A stretch of DNA of 64,000 bases from Thermodesulfobacteriota bacterium (GCA_965198945.1 CBDAQI010000011.1:1-64000); one strand, 5' to 3'; positions 20,003 through 30,781 are shown, numbered from the stretch's first letter. A program made the numbers and translations. The notes: generated by a model from the letters alone, not told the origin.

Positions 20003-21103
20003 CACTCCGTCTCCTCGGAGGTGAGATAGTTTCTTACGAAATCCTCAAGTTTCCCGTCAAGCACCGCTTCCACATCGCTGCTTTCAAAGCCGGTTCTGTG
20101 GTCTTTCACCATCCTGTAAGGGTGCATAACATATGACCTTATCTGGCTTCCCCAGCCGATTTCTTTTTTTGAGGAGCTGAGTTCGCTGATTTTCTCCAGT
20201 TTTTTCTCGCTTTCAATTTTATAAAGCCGCGCTTTAAGAACTTTCATTGCGGAAAGTTTATTCTGGTGCTGAGACCTTTCATTCTGGCAGCTGACCACCG
20301 TTCCGGTCGGAATGTGTGTTATCCGTACCGCAGAGTCTGTTTTGTTAACATGCTGACCGCCTTTGCCTCCGGCCCTGAAAGTGTCAATTCTCAAATCTTT
20401 TTCGTCTATGCTGATTTCCACCGAATCATCCACTTCCGGAGAAACAAACACGGATGCAAAAGAAGTATGGCGTCTTTTATTGGAGTCAAAGGGCGATATT
20501 CTCACAAGGCGGTGCACACCGCTTTCGCCTTTGAGATAACCGTAGGGGTGGTCGCCTGAAACAATCATTGTTGCGCTTTTTATTCCCGCTTCATCTCCGT
20601 CCTGGCAGTTGAGTATGTTTACGGAAAACCCGCTTCTGTCACAGTAACGCAGATACATTCTGTAAATCATATCCGACCAGTCCTGGGCTTCCGTTCCGCC
20701 TGCGCCCGAGTTTATTTCCACAATTGCGCCTTTGGGGTCGTCTTCGCCGCCGAGCATTTTTTTGAATTCAAACGTGCTCACTTTTTCCGCGAGAGAGTCC
20801 AGAACTGAGCAAAGCTCGGTTTCCAGTTCACTGTCGGGCTCCTCACCGCACAGTTCGGCAAGGGCTTGCGCTTCCCGCATGCCGGTTTCCAGATCCAGCC
20901 AATCGTCAATATTTTTCTTAAGAGATGAGCGTTCGGAAAGAACGGACTGTGCTTTTTCACGGTCGTTCCAGAAGTCCGGACTGTTTGAAATTTCGTCTAT
21001 TTCATCAAGTCTTTTCTGTTTGTCGGTGAGGTCAAAGAAAACCTCTTATGGATTCGGCACGTTTTTTGAGATTTTCAATATCAGGTTTTTCTGCGTCTTT
21101 CAT
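20002..21103 (-). CDS. prfB: Peptide chain release factor 2 with programmed +1 frameshift
   Basis: ATG at 21103 gives MKDAEKPDIENLKKRAESIRGFL, then CTT TGA C (21031-21037) preceded by SD-like AGAGGT. The +1 frame continues DLTDKQKRL..; SPF and GGQ motifs present. Confidence 0.97.
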
Positions 21104-21118
21104 TTATGTGATACTCCT

Positions 21119-23886
21119 TCACGGGCCGGTTTGGATTATACACGAAAGGGTTATAGGTTGTGCTCCATCTGTTAAGTCCGGAGCATTTGCCACGCTTGCA
21201 GTATGAGCAGCGATGCAGATATAAGTATTATTGTCCCTATATCTGACCATGGAAGCCGAAGAAGATGAGCTTGCGGCTTAATCTGGTACTCCGTCAACCC
21301 ATACTTTAGCCCATTGTAATCCCGGCACACCCTGCGGGCAGGCGGATCCGGGTGGCCCCTTCTCGGCTTATACGGGATACGCCTGGCTCCAGCCTGAATT
21401 GGAATTGTCATGCGGGTCATGAGTAAACCATGCCTGATATACTGTATGAGTTGCGAAATTGATGCCAGTGGGTTCCGTCTGGCTCCAGTCGCCAAGACTG
21501 CTGGTGATCATTTTTGTTGAATGATCGTAAACAATCGCCTCGGTGGGCAGAAACGGAGCGTTGCTTTCGCCGGGGCCTTCTTCCACTGACTGAAAGATAT
21601 AAACCCTATAGGGGCCTTGAGCTCCGCGTATACTTGAAATATCTCCTATCTTTTCAACCGTAACGGCTCCGTCCGCAATCTTATCGGTTGTAATTGTGCC
21701 ATTAGCAATGTTCTCTGATGTAACACTTGCAACATCCCGCATGGTCATATTGGTATTGAGATGATAAACATCCAGCCATATCTTGTTATGGTCTACTCCG
21801 CCGGAAGACTGCGGCCAATAAGCAAGTAGTGTATAGTTTGTAGTTCGGCCGATAGCAACGGGTATTTCACCACCTGCCGAGTTTGTAAGAGACATTGTTA
21901 GTTGAGCAGCAGAGTCAAAGTTTGCACCTGCAGTTGTAGCTGGCAATGCTCTTAGCTTGGCAACGGAAATCCATTGATCGCTTTCTATTTTTCCTTCATC
22001 CCATACGCTTCCCATATCAAGAATAAGCCATCCGTCTACAGGGATTTCTATGCCGGTATTGACCGAACTGGTTCGGGGATCTAACACAGCAGACTGTCTA
22101 AATTCCCCAATTTTTGTTATAGCGCCACCCACAGCGCCGGAGATATTTCCGACAAATACCCATGAGGTGGGAGTTCTGACTCCGCTGTCGTCTGTTGCCT
22201 GCACAAAAATATCGCCACGGCGCACTGTCTGACGAGTTGTATAGGCAACGGAGTTTTCAGTAATTGTGAATCTTGTTCCAACCTCACTGCCGGACAGGGG
22301 TATGTCCCTGATAGCCAGTGCGCAGCCTACGGAATCTGTTCTTTGAAAGTCCGATGCTCTGTCAAAACAGACAACCATGCCACCCGCGGCATAATTTGGT
22401 GCGTTCAATTCCGCCGGGTTTCCTTCATTGTCAAAGCCTAGGAACTTGTTCGCCGTGCCATGGGCAAGTTGCACAAGTCCGACTGAATCGTCTGGCACCT
22501 TTGATGCCGGAATGGTAGCCGTATTGCCAGTCTCTGCCCAGTCAGCAACATTTGCCTGAATCCTGGCATCAACCTGTGACTGATTCAAAAGGTTTGAGGT
22601 ATCGGGAATCTCACTGTCCCGCGCTACACTGTCGGGGATTTTGCTGTCCGGTATTGTGTCGGTATTTCCTTCAGTCGCCCACTCGGCCGCATTGGAAGAC
22701 GAACCCTCCTTTTCCACCGGAATGCCGTTCTAGTCAAAGCCCAGAAACTTATTCGCCGTGCCGTGCGCAAGCTGTGCAAGGCCAACGGAGTCATCGGCTA
22801 TCTTGGATTGTGTTACCGCACCGTCAGCAAGTTTCGGATTTGTAACCGCACCGTCAGCGATTTTGGGTGTTGTAACCGCTCCATCGGCGATGTTAGTCTC
22901 AATAACAGCGGAGTTGGGTATTTTCCCCGTCACTATCGCTCCGGGCGCTATGTGTATGCTGCCCACAGCATTAGGGGCTATCGTTCCGGGCGTAACAGCT
23001 CCGGGGTTTATGTTAACCGACTCCACAGCATTGGGAGCTATCTTCCCCGGTGTAATAGCTCCGGGGGCTATCTGTATTGAGCCCACGGAACCGTCCACTA
23101 TATTGCCCGAAGTTACGGCATTGGGAGCCAGCTTTCCTGAAGTTACAACGCCGTCTCCGAGTTCAAGCGAACCCACGGCTCCGGCGGCTATGGTGCCCGA
23201 ATTCACCGCGTTGGGAGCCATCTTTCCAGCAGTAACGGCTCCAGGTGCAATCTGCAATTCACCCACAGTTCCCCGCGCTATGTTAGTGGAAGTTACCGCA
23301 TTGGCGCCTATCTTCTCAGAAGTAACAGCCCCATCTGCAATTTTCTGGGTTGTTACCTCTCCGTCGGCAAGGTCGGGTTTAACCTCAAAAATCTCCACCT
23401 CTATATCGTCGGTTGGAATAAAAGAAAAAAGACCTTCTCTAAAGACCCCCGGAATTTCCTTCTCTTTTGCACCCTCCCGGCACTGGTCAACGGAATTTCC
23501 CCCCTCTTTTGAATCATCGGACGCCACACCGCACCTTGCAATCCGCAACTGATGACCACCCCATTGAGCTTTTACCGCAAGTTTCGTGTCAAAATTACGC
23601 AAAACCTCTCTCGCAATATTAAACTGCCCGCATTCCAACTCCAGGTATCTGATTCCTCTTTCTCTCAGAAAGTTGGATGAAACCATACCGGCAAAAGTTT
23701 GTGTCTCTATCGGTGGGTATAGTGCTCTGGAGAAAGGATGGAACACCCTGTATTTCAATCGTGCCGTAATCATCAGCATCCTGTCTTCCGGAACCGCATA
23801 GTCTCCGCGATATTGTGGTAAGTGTCTTCCTTGGGTAATTCCACATCACCGTTAAACACACTGTTTAGTTTCCAATTTGTTCCCAT
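21119..23886 (-). pseudogene. Fibre-like family copy 2, multiply disrupted long allele
   Basis: ATG 23886; 2-nt insertion near 23807; 20 IAxGAVT decapeptides; in-frame TAG at 22730-22732 where paralogues have GAG; continues as ORF 21368..22717; decayed tail past TAA 21368 (GPPGS..PQG, VRYRDNNTYICIAAHT). Confidence 0.8.
22772..23371 (-). repeat. 20 tandem 30-bp (10-aa) coding repeats [IL]AxGAVTxxK
   Basis: LADGEVTTQK IADGAVTSEK ... LADGAVTQSK IADDSVGLAQ, counted from the translation. Confidence 0.9.
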
Positions 23887-23955
23887 AGTATTATCCTCCT
23901 ATGAATTAAATTTTGGTTATGCACTGTTATAGGGAAAAACTGTTTTTGTTGGCAA
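23887..23955 (-). promoter_or_regulatory. Family promoter/leader (TTGCCA-18-TATAAC, RBS AGGAGG)
   Basis: Near-identical to 42807-42875 and 29853-29921. Confidence 0.7.
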
Positions 23956-24108
23956 CTAAAAATATGAAAAAAAGATAAAAAGCTGTGTTTAAGAGGGTTG
24001 ATTGATGAAATGGAAACCGGTTGTTGAATTAAAAAACGGCCAACTTGCCCCCTGTAATTATCTGCCTGACACGGAATCCGAGGTTTATGACAGAAATTTG
24101 TCGAAATA

Positions 24109-24598
24109 CTGGATTCCCGTCCCCGTTTTCACGGGGACAAGTTTTCACGGCAATGACGAGAAAAGTTAGAATGAAGGTGGAAGTATGGGAAAACACAACA
24201 ATTTACTTCCTCCGTGACTCCCATGAAAGGTTGCACTCGTGAAAATGATAGGGACGGGGGTGGCTCTCTTTCGTCATTGTTCCCGTTCTTTTAGGTTTTC
24301 CAGCACCCTTCTACGTTATTCCCGCTTCCCTCTCGTCATTCCCGTGGAAACGGGAATCCAGTATTATGTTGAAAACACATTGCGGAAGATCAGCCGTAAC
24401 GCCAATTTAGAATGTTTTGTTCCGTCTGTTTCCTACGAGGTTAGTTTTTTAATTTTCAGGTTGCCTTGAGTCGCTTTTTCTCAGCTGGCGGACAACATTG
24501 TGTTTTTGAGTCATTTGTTGTCTTTCCCTGGATACCCGTTCCCATCCCCGTTTTCACGGGGACATGCTTTCATGAGGACATGCTTTCACGGTAATGAC
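24109..24598. repeat. Cluster of dRS3/REP-like palindromes
   Basis: Copies at 24109-24157 (nested), 24335-24361 (ATTCCC-GTGGAAAC-GGGAAT) and 24528-24598 (doubly nested). Confidence 0.85.
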
Positions 24599-24661
24599 AG
24601 GAAGGGATTAGAATGACCGGAAAGCTTGTCTCATAATTGAATTTTTACTCCAATCTGAAAC

Positions 24662-24880
24662 TCACCTGTAAGTGTGCTCTCTTAAGTGCTCTCTGTCCGT
24701 GATTATCTTTAACACCGTTCCACAATAGTCGCAGGTGAAAACAACTTTTTTCGGCGGATGGCTTATGCCGAGTATCACAAGCACCCAGCCGAGAGCGGAG
24801 TATCGTGACTTCGGAGATACAAGCGGCGAATCAAGTTTGTTGCCGCATTCGCAGATGGTATTTTCAGCCCGGTCGCTCAA
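24662..24880 (-). CDS. Small zinc-ribbon membrane protein (CxC-hydrophobic-CxxC)
   Basis: CECG ... LGWVLVILGI ... CDYCG; 4-nt overlap with the upstream gene. Confidence 0.7.
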   Translation of the reverse strand: MSDRAENTICECGNKLDSPLVSPKSRYSALGWVLVILGISHPPKKVVFTCDYCGTVLKIITDREHLREHTYR

Positions 24881-25680
24881 AACGCCTCATTTAACCGTTT
24901 GAATTGCTCTCTTTCAAGCCGCCAGCCCGAACAGCCGCAGTTTTCAATCGTTCTTTCAACACTGTCCGATTTCGGAATAACAACCACACAATCATGGCAC
25001 AAACACCAGTTCAGAGCCACCTGTGCTTCGGTTTTTCCGGTCTCTCCGGCAATTTCACTCAAGACCCCGTATTTACCGCTCCCGTGCGACTTGCGGCACA
25101 AACTTCCGCTTCCAAGAGGTGTGTAGGCAATTACCGTCACTCCCCTGTCTTCGCAGAAAGGCAGTAAATCATTTTCAATTTCTCTGTCATTCAAACTGTA
25201 GCGCACCTGATTTGAAACAAGCGGGGTGTTTCCCATATAGCTCTGCGCCTCCTCAAATTCCGCAACTGAAAAATTGCTCACTCCGACAAAACGCACAATC
25301 TTATCGTCCACAAGTTTCTGCATCGCCCTCATTGTATCTCTGATGGGGAAAACCGGATTGGGCCAGTGAATCTGATAAAGGTCTATCGTTTCCACTCCAA
25401 GATTTTTGAGACTTCCGTCCGCTGCTTTAAGCACGTCGTCATAACCGAGATTTTTCCCGGAAACCTTTGTCGCGATGAAAACATCGCCGCCCACGCACGC
25501 CGCCGCTTCTCCTGAAACCCTCTCAGTGCCGTAGCCCTCGGCCGTGTCTATAAAACGCGCCCCGAGTTTGATGCCGACTCTGAGCGGCTCAGTGCCGGCC
25601 CGGTAGTTCCATGTTCCCAGACCGACTTCGACAATTTTTACATCAGTGTTTCCCAGAGTTTTAAGGCCGACCGTTAGCAT
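24877..25680 (-). CDS. Aldo/keto reductase
   Basis: GLGTW, IDTAE.Y, IDLYQIHWP, GVSNF, IPKS. Confidence 0.95.
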   Translation of the reverse strand: MLTVGLKTLGNTDVKIVEVGLGTWNYRAGTEPLRVGIKLGARFIDTAEGYGTERVSGEAAACVGGDVFIATKVSGKNLGYDDVLKAADGSLKNLGVETIDLYQIHWPNPVFPIRDTMRAMQKLVDDKIVRFVGVSNFSVAEFEEAQSYMGNTPLVSNQVRYSLNDREIENDLLPFCEDRGVTVIAYTPLGSGSLCRKSHGSGKYGVLSEIAGETGKTEAQVALNWCLCHDCVVVIPKSDSVERTIENCGCSGWRLEREQFKRLNEAF

Positions 25681-25688
25681 ACGGGCTC

Positions 25689-26306
25689 TTATCTCTTTCC
25701 GTTTGTGGACAGAAATACAAAAGCTGCCGCGGCGCCGCCGGCAAAATTAGCCGCAAAATACAGAAGGAGGCCGGATAAGTCAGTAAAACCCCGGATAAAA
25801 AGCCCCGTCGCAACGGCCGGATTGAAAACCGCTCCCGAAACGGAACCGAAGGCTATCGCCCCCGCAAGCACCACAAGCCCTATCGCAAGACCGTAAAAAG
25901 AGTTGCCTTCCGTGCCCGCGGCCGTGGCGACATTCAGAACCACAAAACAAAGCGCAAAAGTGAAAAAGATCTCCGCAATCAGAAGCGTCCCGGTCTTAAA
26001 AACAACGGCCGTTTCCGGCGCGGGAATGAAAAATGTTGAAAGCAGACCGGCGCAAACCCCGGCGGTAATCTGCGATGCCGCGTAGGGGACCACTTCCCGT
26101 CCGTCCGCATTTCCGCGTAAAAAAAGTGAAAGTGTTACGGCCGGATTGTAATGGGCTCCCGATATGTGGCCTCCGGCAAATATCATAGCCATCAAAATCC
26201 CGGCTATCGCAAACGGGGCGAACTGTCCCGAAGACGCTCCGACCGTAAAAACAAGAAAGAAAGTGCCTACAAATTCAACAGCGAGTTTTTGTGTCAGACT
26301 GCGCAT
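25689..26306 (-). CDS. MIP family channel (aquaporin-like)
   Basis: SGAHYNPAVT and FNPAVA (two NPA motifs); RBS GGAGG before ATG 26306. Confidence 0.93.
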   Translation of the reverse strand: MRSLTQKLAVEFVGTFFLVFTVGASSGQFAPFAIAGILMAMIFAGGHISGAHYNPAVTLSLFLRGNADGREVVPYAASQITAGVCAGLLSTFFIPAPETAVVFKTGTLLIAEIFFTFALCFVVLNVATAAGTEGNSFYGLAIGLVVLAGAIAFGSVSGAVFNPAVATGLFIRGFTDLSGLLLYFAANFAGGAAAAFVFLSTNGKR

Positions 26307-26421
26307 TTCAAATGTTCCTCCCGCTAAATTCAGTTCGCTAATTATCCGTTTCATGGACAATTATTCAAGTTCCGCGTTTCTTTTTGACAACATCGGAGGC
26401 AATGGCTACACTCAAAGTCAA

Positions 26422-26829
26422 ATGGCAATGAAAAAGATCATAACTATTCAGCCCGACAGTCCCGACGCAAAAGAACCGCGGAGTTCCGGAGTTGAATTCA
26501 AAAAGTTTGAGAAAAAGAACGCCGCTCCCGTTGAACTGACCGAAGAAACTGTCTTTGAAGCTCTCGGAGGCGTTAATGACCCGGAGCTTCCCGTAAGCAT
26601 TGTTGAGCTCGGACTGGTTTACGATGTTCAGATTTCCGGAGCGGACATCGGTTTGAAAATGACTTTGACAACTCCCGGATGTTCAATGGGCGGTATGATT
26701 GCTGGCCAAGCGGAAGAAGCGCTCAAAAACATAGGGGCAAGAAACGTAATTGTGCAAATGGTCTGGGACCCGCCATGGAATCCTGACATGATGAGCCCGG
26801 AAGCAAAACGCAAACTTGGCGTGGAGTAA
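26422..26829 (+). CDS. DUF59/SufT-like Fe-S cluster assembly factor
   Basis: DPEL.VSIVELGLVY, MTLTTPGC, WDPPW. Confidence 0.92.
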   Translation: MAMKKIITIQPDSPDAKEPRSSGVEFKKFEKKNAAPVELTEETVFEALGGVNDPELPVSIVELGLVYDVQISGADIGLKMTLTTPGCSMGGMIAGQAEEALKNIGARNVIVQMVWDPPWNPDMMSPEAKRKLGVE

Positions 26830-26843
26830 TTTCCTCAAGGCAG

Positions 26844-27905
26844 ATGAATCTCACACCCGAAGCCGTTGCAAGACGGTTAAAACAGGTTAAATATCCCGGT
26901 TTTACAAGGGACATAGTCTCATTTGGGATTCTTAAAGATGTCAGCGTGGATGAAAATTCCGCCGTGAAAATTTCCCTTGTTCTTCCAAAAAACGACCCTG
27001 AAATACAAAAACAGATAGAAGAACGGGTCAGAACGGCGGTTCTTGAGACTCCGGGAGTGGAAGAGGTTTCAATTCAGACCCAGTCAAGAGAATCGTCGGG
27101 GCCGCGGCAGACCTCCGGCACGGCGCAGACCCGGCATTCAAAACTGCCTGAAATAAAAAACTATGTTGCAGTCGCAAGCGGAAAAGGCGGCGTGGGCAAA
27201 TCCACAGTCGCGGTCAATCTCGCAGTGGCTCTCGGCAAAAAGAGACAGAATGTGGGTTTGATGGATGCGGACATTTGGGGCCCGAGCGCTCCGGTGATGA
27301 CCGGAACCCTGGTAGAAACACCGGTCGCCACGGCCAACAAAAAAATACTTCCCATAGAAAAATACGGTCTGAAAATTGTGTCAATAGGCTATCTGATAAA
27401 GCAGGAAGAAACGGTTATATGGCGGGGCCCGATGGTGCATGGGGCGGTTAAGCAGTTCGTGGAGGATGTGGAGTGGGGAAACACCGATTATCTTGTAATA
27501 GACCTGCCTCCGGGAACCGGAGACGCCCAGCTTTCAATCGCACAGACCGCTCCGCTGAGCGGAGGGGTTATCGTCACAACCCCGCAGGAGGTCTCACTGA
27601 TAGATGTGCGGCGCGGAATTCTTATGTTTGAAAAACTGAATATTCCGGTAATCGGAATAGTTGAAAATATGAGCTATCTGAACATTCCCGGCGGCAAAAC
27701 AATGGACATTTTCGGGCGCGGCGGAGGAAAGGCAATGGCGGACAAGTTCAAGGTGCCGTTTCTCGGCGAGATACCGATTGATCCGGAAATAAGAAAAAGC
27801 GGAGACTCTGGAGTGCCGATAGTGGAGTCAGATCCCGACTGTGCGGCTTCGCTTGCGTTTATGAAAATTGCGGACGAAGTTCTAAAACAACTGGAAGAAA
27901 ACTGA
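26844..27905 (+). CDS. apbC: Mrp/ApbC Fe-S cluster carrier ATPase
   Basis: SGKGGVGKST, WRGPM, DLPPGTGD, VTTPQ, ENMS. Confidence 0.93.
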   Translation: MNLTPEAVARRLKQVKYPGFTRDIVSFGILKDVSVDENSAVKISLVLPKNDPEIQKQIEERVRTAVLETPGVEEVSIQTQSRESSGPRQTSGTAQTRHSKLPEIKNYVAVASGKGGVGKSTVAVNLAVALGKKRQNVGLMDADIWGPSAPVMTGTLVETPVATANKKILPIEKYGLKIVSIGYLIKQEETVIWRGPMVHGAVKQFVEDVEWGNTDYLVIDLPPGTGDAQLSIAQTAPLSGGVIVTTPQEVSLIDVRRGILMFEKLNIPVIGIVENMSYLNIPGGKTMDIFGRGGGKAMADKFKVPFLGEIPIDPEIRKSGDSGVPIVESDPDCAASLAFMKIADEVLKQLEEN

Positions 27906-27919
27906 AAGAGGAGGTTGCT

Positions 27920-28225
27920 ATGAGCGAAGACAAAAAAGAGCAGACTGAAAACCGGCAGACTGGCGAGTTGAAAATGGACTTTTCCAACTTTGTTCTCTCT
28001 CTGAATGCATCGGCGATTATGCATCTGGGAGACATTCCCGACCCTAACACAAAAGAGCGGAACGTAAATCTGCCGGCCGCAAAGCATACGGTTGACATTC
28101 TTGAGATTCTTCAGGATAAGACCAAAGGAAACCTGACTGATGAAGAACAAAAACTTATAGATGACGTGCTTTTCAGTTTGAGAATGAGGTATGTGCAGGC
28201 TACAAAGCCGGCGGAAAAAAATTGA
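27920..28225 (+). CDS. DUF1844-like protein
   Basis: F..FVLSL..SA..HLG.IP.P..NL.AAK..DIL.IL..KTKGNL. Confidence 0.8.
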   Translation: MSEDKKEQTENRQTGELKMDFSNFVLSLNASAIMHLGDIPDPNTKERNVNLPAAKHTVDILEILQDKTKGNLTDEEQKLIDDVLFSLRMRYVQATKPAEKN

Positions 28226-28325
28226 ACAGACAAAAACAGTTTTTAATGCAAAGCTTTTAGGAGCTTGCTCCTCACCCGCCCCGAAGTGACTTAGTTCATA
28301 ATTTCAAGTCTTGGAATTGGTAAAA

Positions 28326-29435
28326 ATGCGTAATTTGCTGAAAACAGAGGTGTTTTTTACAGTTCTGTCTTTATTTTTATGTCTCAATGCTTTTGCCGGA
28401 GGAGAACACGAGACCGGTATACAGCTGAATAAAGAAGGCTTCAGACCCATTGACGCCGACGGCCATGCGCCCATTGGTGTTATGGGTGACCATACACACA
28501 ATAAAGGCGAATGGATGCTGTCTTATCGCTATATGTATATGGATATGTCAGGAAACCGCAGCGGCAGTAAAGGGATAAGCACTGAGAAGATTCTTGATAT
28601 GCCAAACCGTTTTTTCGGAAAACCCGGACAGCCTCCGAAATTGCGTATAGTGCCGACAGACATGAAGATGAGTATGCATATGCTCGGTGCAATGTATGCG
28701 CCTGACGACAGGGTAACAATGATGGTTATGCTGTCATATATGGAAAAATCCATGCGTCATATCACCTTCAACATGCCTGGAACAAGCAGGGTCGGTAATT
28801 TCAAAACAAAAGCAGGTGGCATTGGTGATACGAAACTGTCGGCTCTGATAAGGTTGTTTGATGATGACATTCACAATCTGCATCTTAACATGGGGTTGAG
28901 TCTGCCTTCCGGTTCAAATACAAAGCGCGGCGATGTGCTGACACCCATGGGAACATACATGAATGTGCGGCTGCCATATGCAATGCAACCGGGTTCCGGC
29001 ACATTTGACCTGTTGCCGGGGCTGACTTATACCGCAAGGCTGAAACCATTTGGTTTGGGAGCGCAATATGTCGGCACTTTTCGCGCCAACAGGGATAACG
29101 GTTACAACCTTGGAGACAAGCAGGATATAAGCGCATGGATTAGTTACCAGTGGCGGTCCTGGATAAGCATTTCCGGCAGAATGGTTTATCTGTACCAAGA
29201 AAATATAGAGGGGATTGACCCGCAGATAGTCGGCCCGGTGCAAACCGCAGACCCGAATAACTACGGCGGTGATACTCTTACATTATTGTTTGGGGTTAAT
29301 TTCGCCGGTCAAACGGGCCTGCTTCGCGGCAACCGCATTGCGTTGGAAGCCGGAATACCCGTATATCAAGACCTGAATGGCACACAACTTGAAACAGATT
29401 TTACAATAACCGCCGGATGGCAATACACATTTTAG
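28326..29435 (+). CDS. Outer-membrane beta-barrel transporter-like protein (HAPIGVMGDH family, Met/His rich)
   Basis: Signal peptide, HAPIGVMGDHTH, RLPYAMQ.GSG, C-terminal WQYTF. Confidence 0.8.
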   Translation: MRNLLKTEVFFTVLSLFLCLNAFAGGEHETGIQLNKEGFRPIDADGHAPIGVMGDHTHNKGEWMLSYRYMYMDMSGNRSGSKGISTEKILDMPNRFFGKPGQPPKLRIVPTDMKMSMHMLGAMYAPDDRVTMMVMLSYMEKSMRHITFNMPGTSRVGNFKTKAGGIGDTKLSALIRLFDDDIHNLHLNMGLSLPSGSNTKRGDVLTPMGTYMNVRLPYAMQPGSGTFDLLPGLTYTARLKPFGLGAQYVGTFRANRDNGYNLGDKQDISAWISYQWRSWISISGRMVYLYQENIEGIDPQIVGPVQTADPNNYGGDTLTLLFGVNFAGQTGLLRGNRIALEAGIPVYQDLNGTQLETDFTITAGWQYTF

Positions 29436-29630
29436 CGTTTCTGTCATTTATGAGGCGGAAGAAGAATTTTGATGTCGGTGTGGAGTTTAACTACAGCACG
29501 GGGTTGAAGGGAGACATAACGGTTCAGAACAGGAACTATGAGTTGAATCCCGCTGATGAAAAGGGTGTTTTGTTTACAATGAGGTTTGTGATGTAGGGGA
29601 TGCTTTTCTCTTCATTTCTGCATTTTCTCT

Positions 29631-29755
29631 GTCATTCCCAATTCTTTCCCCGTCATTCCCCTTTCTCCCGTCATTCCCGTGGAAACGGGAATCCAGTATT
29701 CCGACAAGTCCTGCCATAAACCCTCGGATTCCGTGTCAGAGGCAGAATGACAGGG
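29631..29755. repeat. dRS3/REP-like palindrome with stuttered left ends plus a degenerate inverted partner
   Basis: GTCATTCCC three times, full copy at 29670-29696, partner CGGATTCCGTGTCAGAGGCAGAATGAC. Confidence 0.8.
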
Positions 29756-29921
29756 GGTATATTGGCCATTCTTTAATTCAATAATGGGTTCATTTCTCAT
29801 CAACAAAACCCCTGAAGCACAGCTCCTTATCTCTTTCCATACCTCCTTTATTTGCCAACAAAGATAGTTTTTTCCTATAACAGTGCATAACCAAAATTTA
29901 ATGCATAGGAGGAAAACAACT

Positions 29922-30779
29922 ATGAATAATTGGAATCTAACAAATGTAAGCGATGTGAGTGTGGACTTGTCCACCGCAGACGCTTACCACAATGTCGGGA
30001 ATTATACGGTTCCCGAAGACAGGATGCTGCTGATTACGGCGAGTTTGAACTATACGCAGTTGGGCGGCTCCGCAACGTTGGAGACGCAGAGTTTTGCGAC
30101 TATTGTTTCGTCGGACTTTCTCAGAGAAGGAGGAATCAGATATCTGGAACTGGACAGGGGGCAATTTGCTTCTTCAGACACGAATCTGCACGATTTTAAC
30201 GCAAGGTTTATGTTGAAATCGCAATGGGGCAGCCATCAGCTGCAGATTTCAAGAGAGGATAACGGGCAGTCGCCCTTTGCTCCGGTGGACAGCGCTGTTT
30301 ACTCTGAAAGCAACAGTGTGAGAGTGCGGGTTTTTGAAGTCGGTTTGGAGTTGTCCGATGATGTCGTAACTCAATCCGCAATAGCCGATGATTCGGTCGG
30401 GTTGGAACAGCTTGCGCATGGGACGGCGAACAAGTTTCTGGGCTTTGATGAGAGCGGCAACCCGGCGGAGAAAGATGCTCCATCCGATACTACTTTATGG
30501 AGAGGTGATTGGACTGCCGGCGATTACATAGTGGGGCAAATGGTTCAACATGCCGGCAACATATATTTATGTGTTTCGGCAAGAACTTCTGCAAATACAG
30601 AGAACCCTTCAGCAGATACGAACAGCTGGTCCCCTCTTTCAGGCGGAAGCTCAACAGGAGGCGGAGCGTTGACGGGCGGGAGTTACAATGCCGCAACGGG
30701 CGCTCTGACTTTTACAAGACAGGGACTTGCGGACATTCAAGTTAACATCGGAGTAATACCGACAATCAGGAGAGTGTAA
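29922..30779 (+). CDS. Fibre-like family copy 3 (N-domain, 2 stalk repeats, linker, CBM5/12-like module)
   Basis: RBS AGGAGG; VPEDRMLLITA; DDSVGLEQLAHGTANKFLGFD; WRGDWTAGDY..GQMVQH.GNIYLC. Confidence 0.8.
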   Translation: MNNWNLTNVSDVSVDLSTADAYHNVGNYTVPEDRMLLITASLNYTQLGGSATLETQSFATIVSSDFLREGGIRYLELDRGQFASSDTNLHDFNARFMLKSQWGSHQLQISREDNGQSPFAPVDSAVYSESNSVRVRVFEVGLELSDDVVTQSAIADDSVGLEQLAHGTANKFLGFDESGNPAEKDAPSDTTLWRGDWTAGDYIVGQMVQHAGNIYLCVSARTSANTENPSADTNSWSPLSGGSSTGGGALTGGSYNAATGALTFTRQGLADIQVNIGVIPTIRRV

Positions 30780-30781
30780 AA

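Noticed and set aside
21031..21037. prfB internal stop as a pseudogene or novelty
   Set aside because: It is the well-known CTT-TGA-C programmed +1 frameshift.
22730..22732. Pyrrolysine or amber read-through at the in-frame TAG of copy 2
   Set aside because: The same gene has frameshifts and TAA stops, paralogues have GAG at this position, TAG ends normal genes here, and no pyl genes are seen.
22758..23552. Long antisense ORFs (also 8466..9089, 9086..9829, 15584..16369, 46349..46963, 62873..63517)
   Set aside because: Shadows of well-supported genes on the opposite strand, with no motifs of their own.
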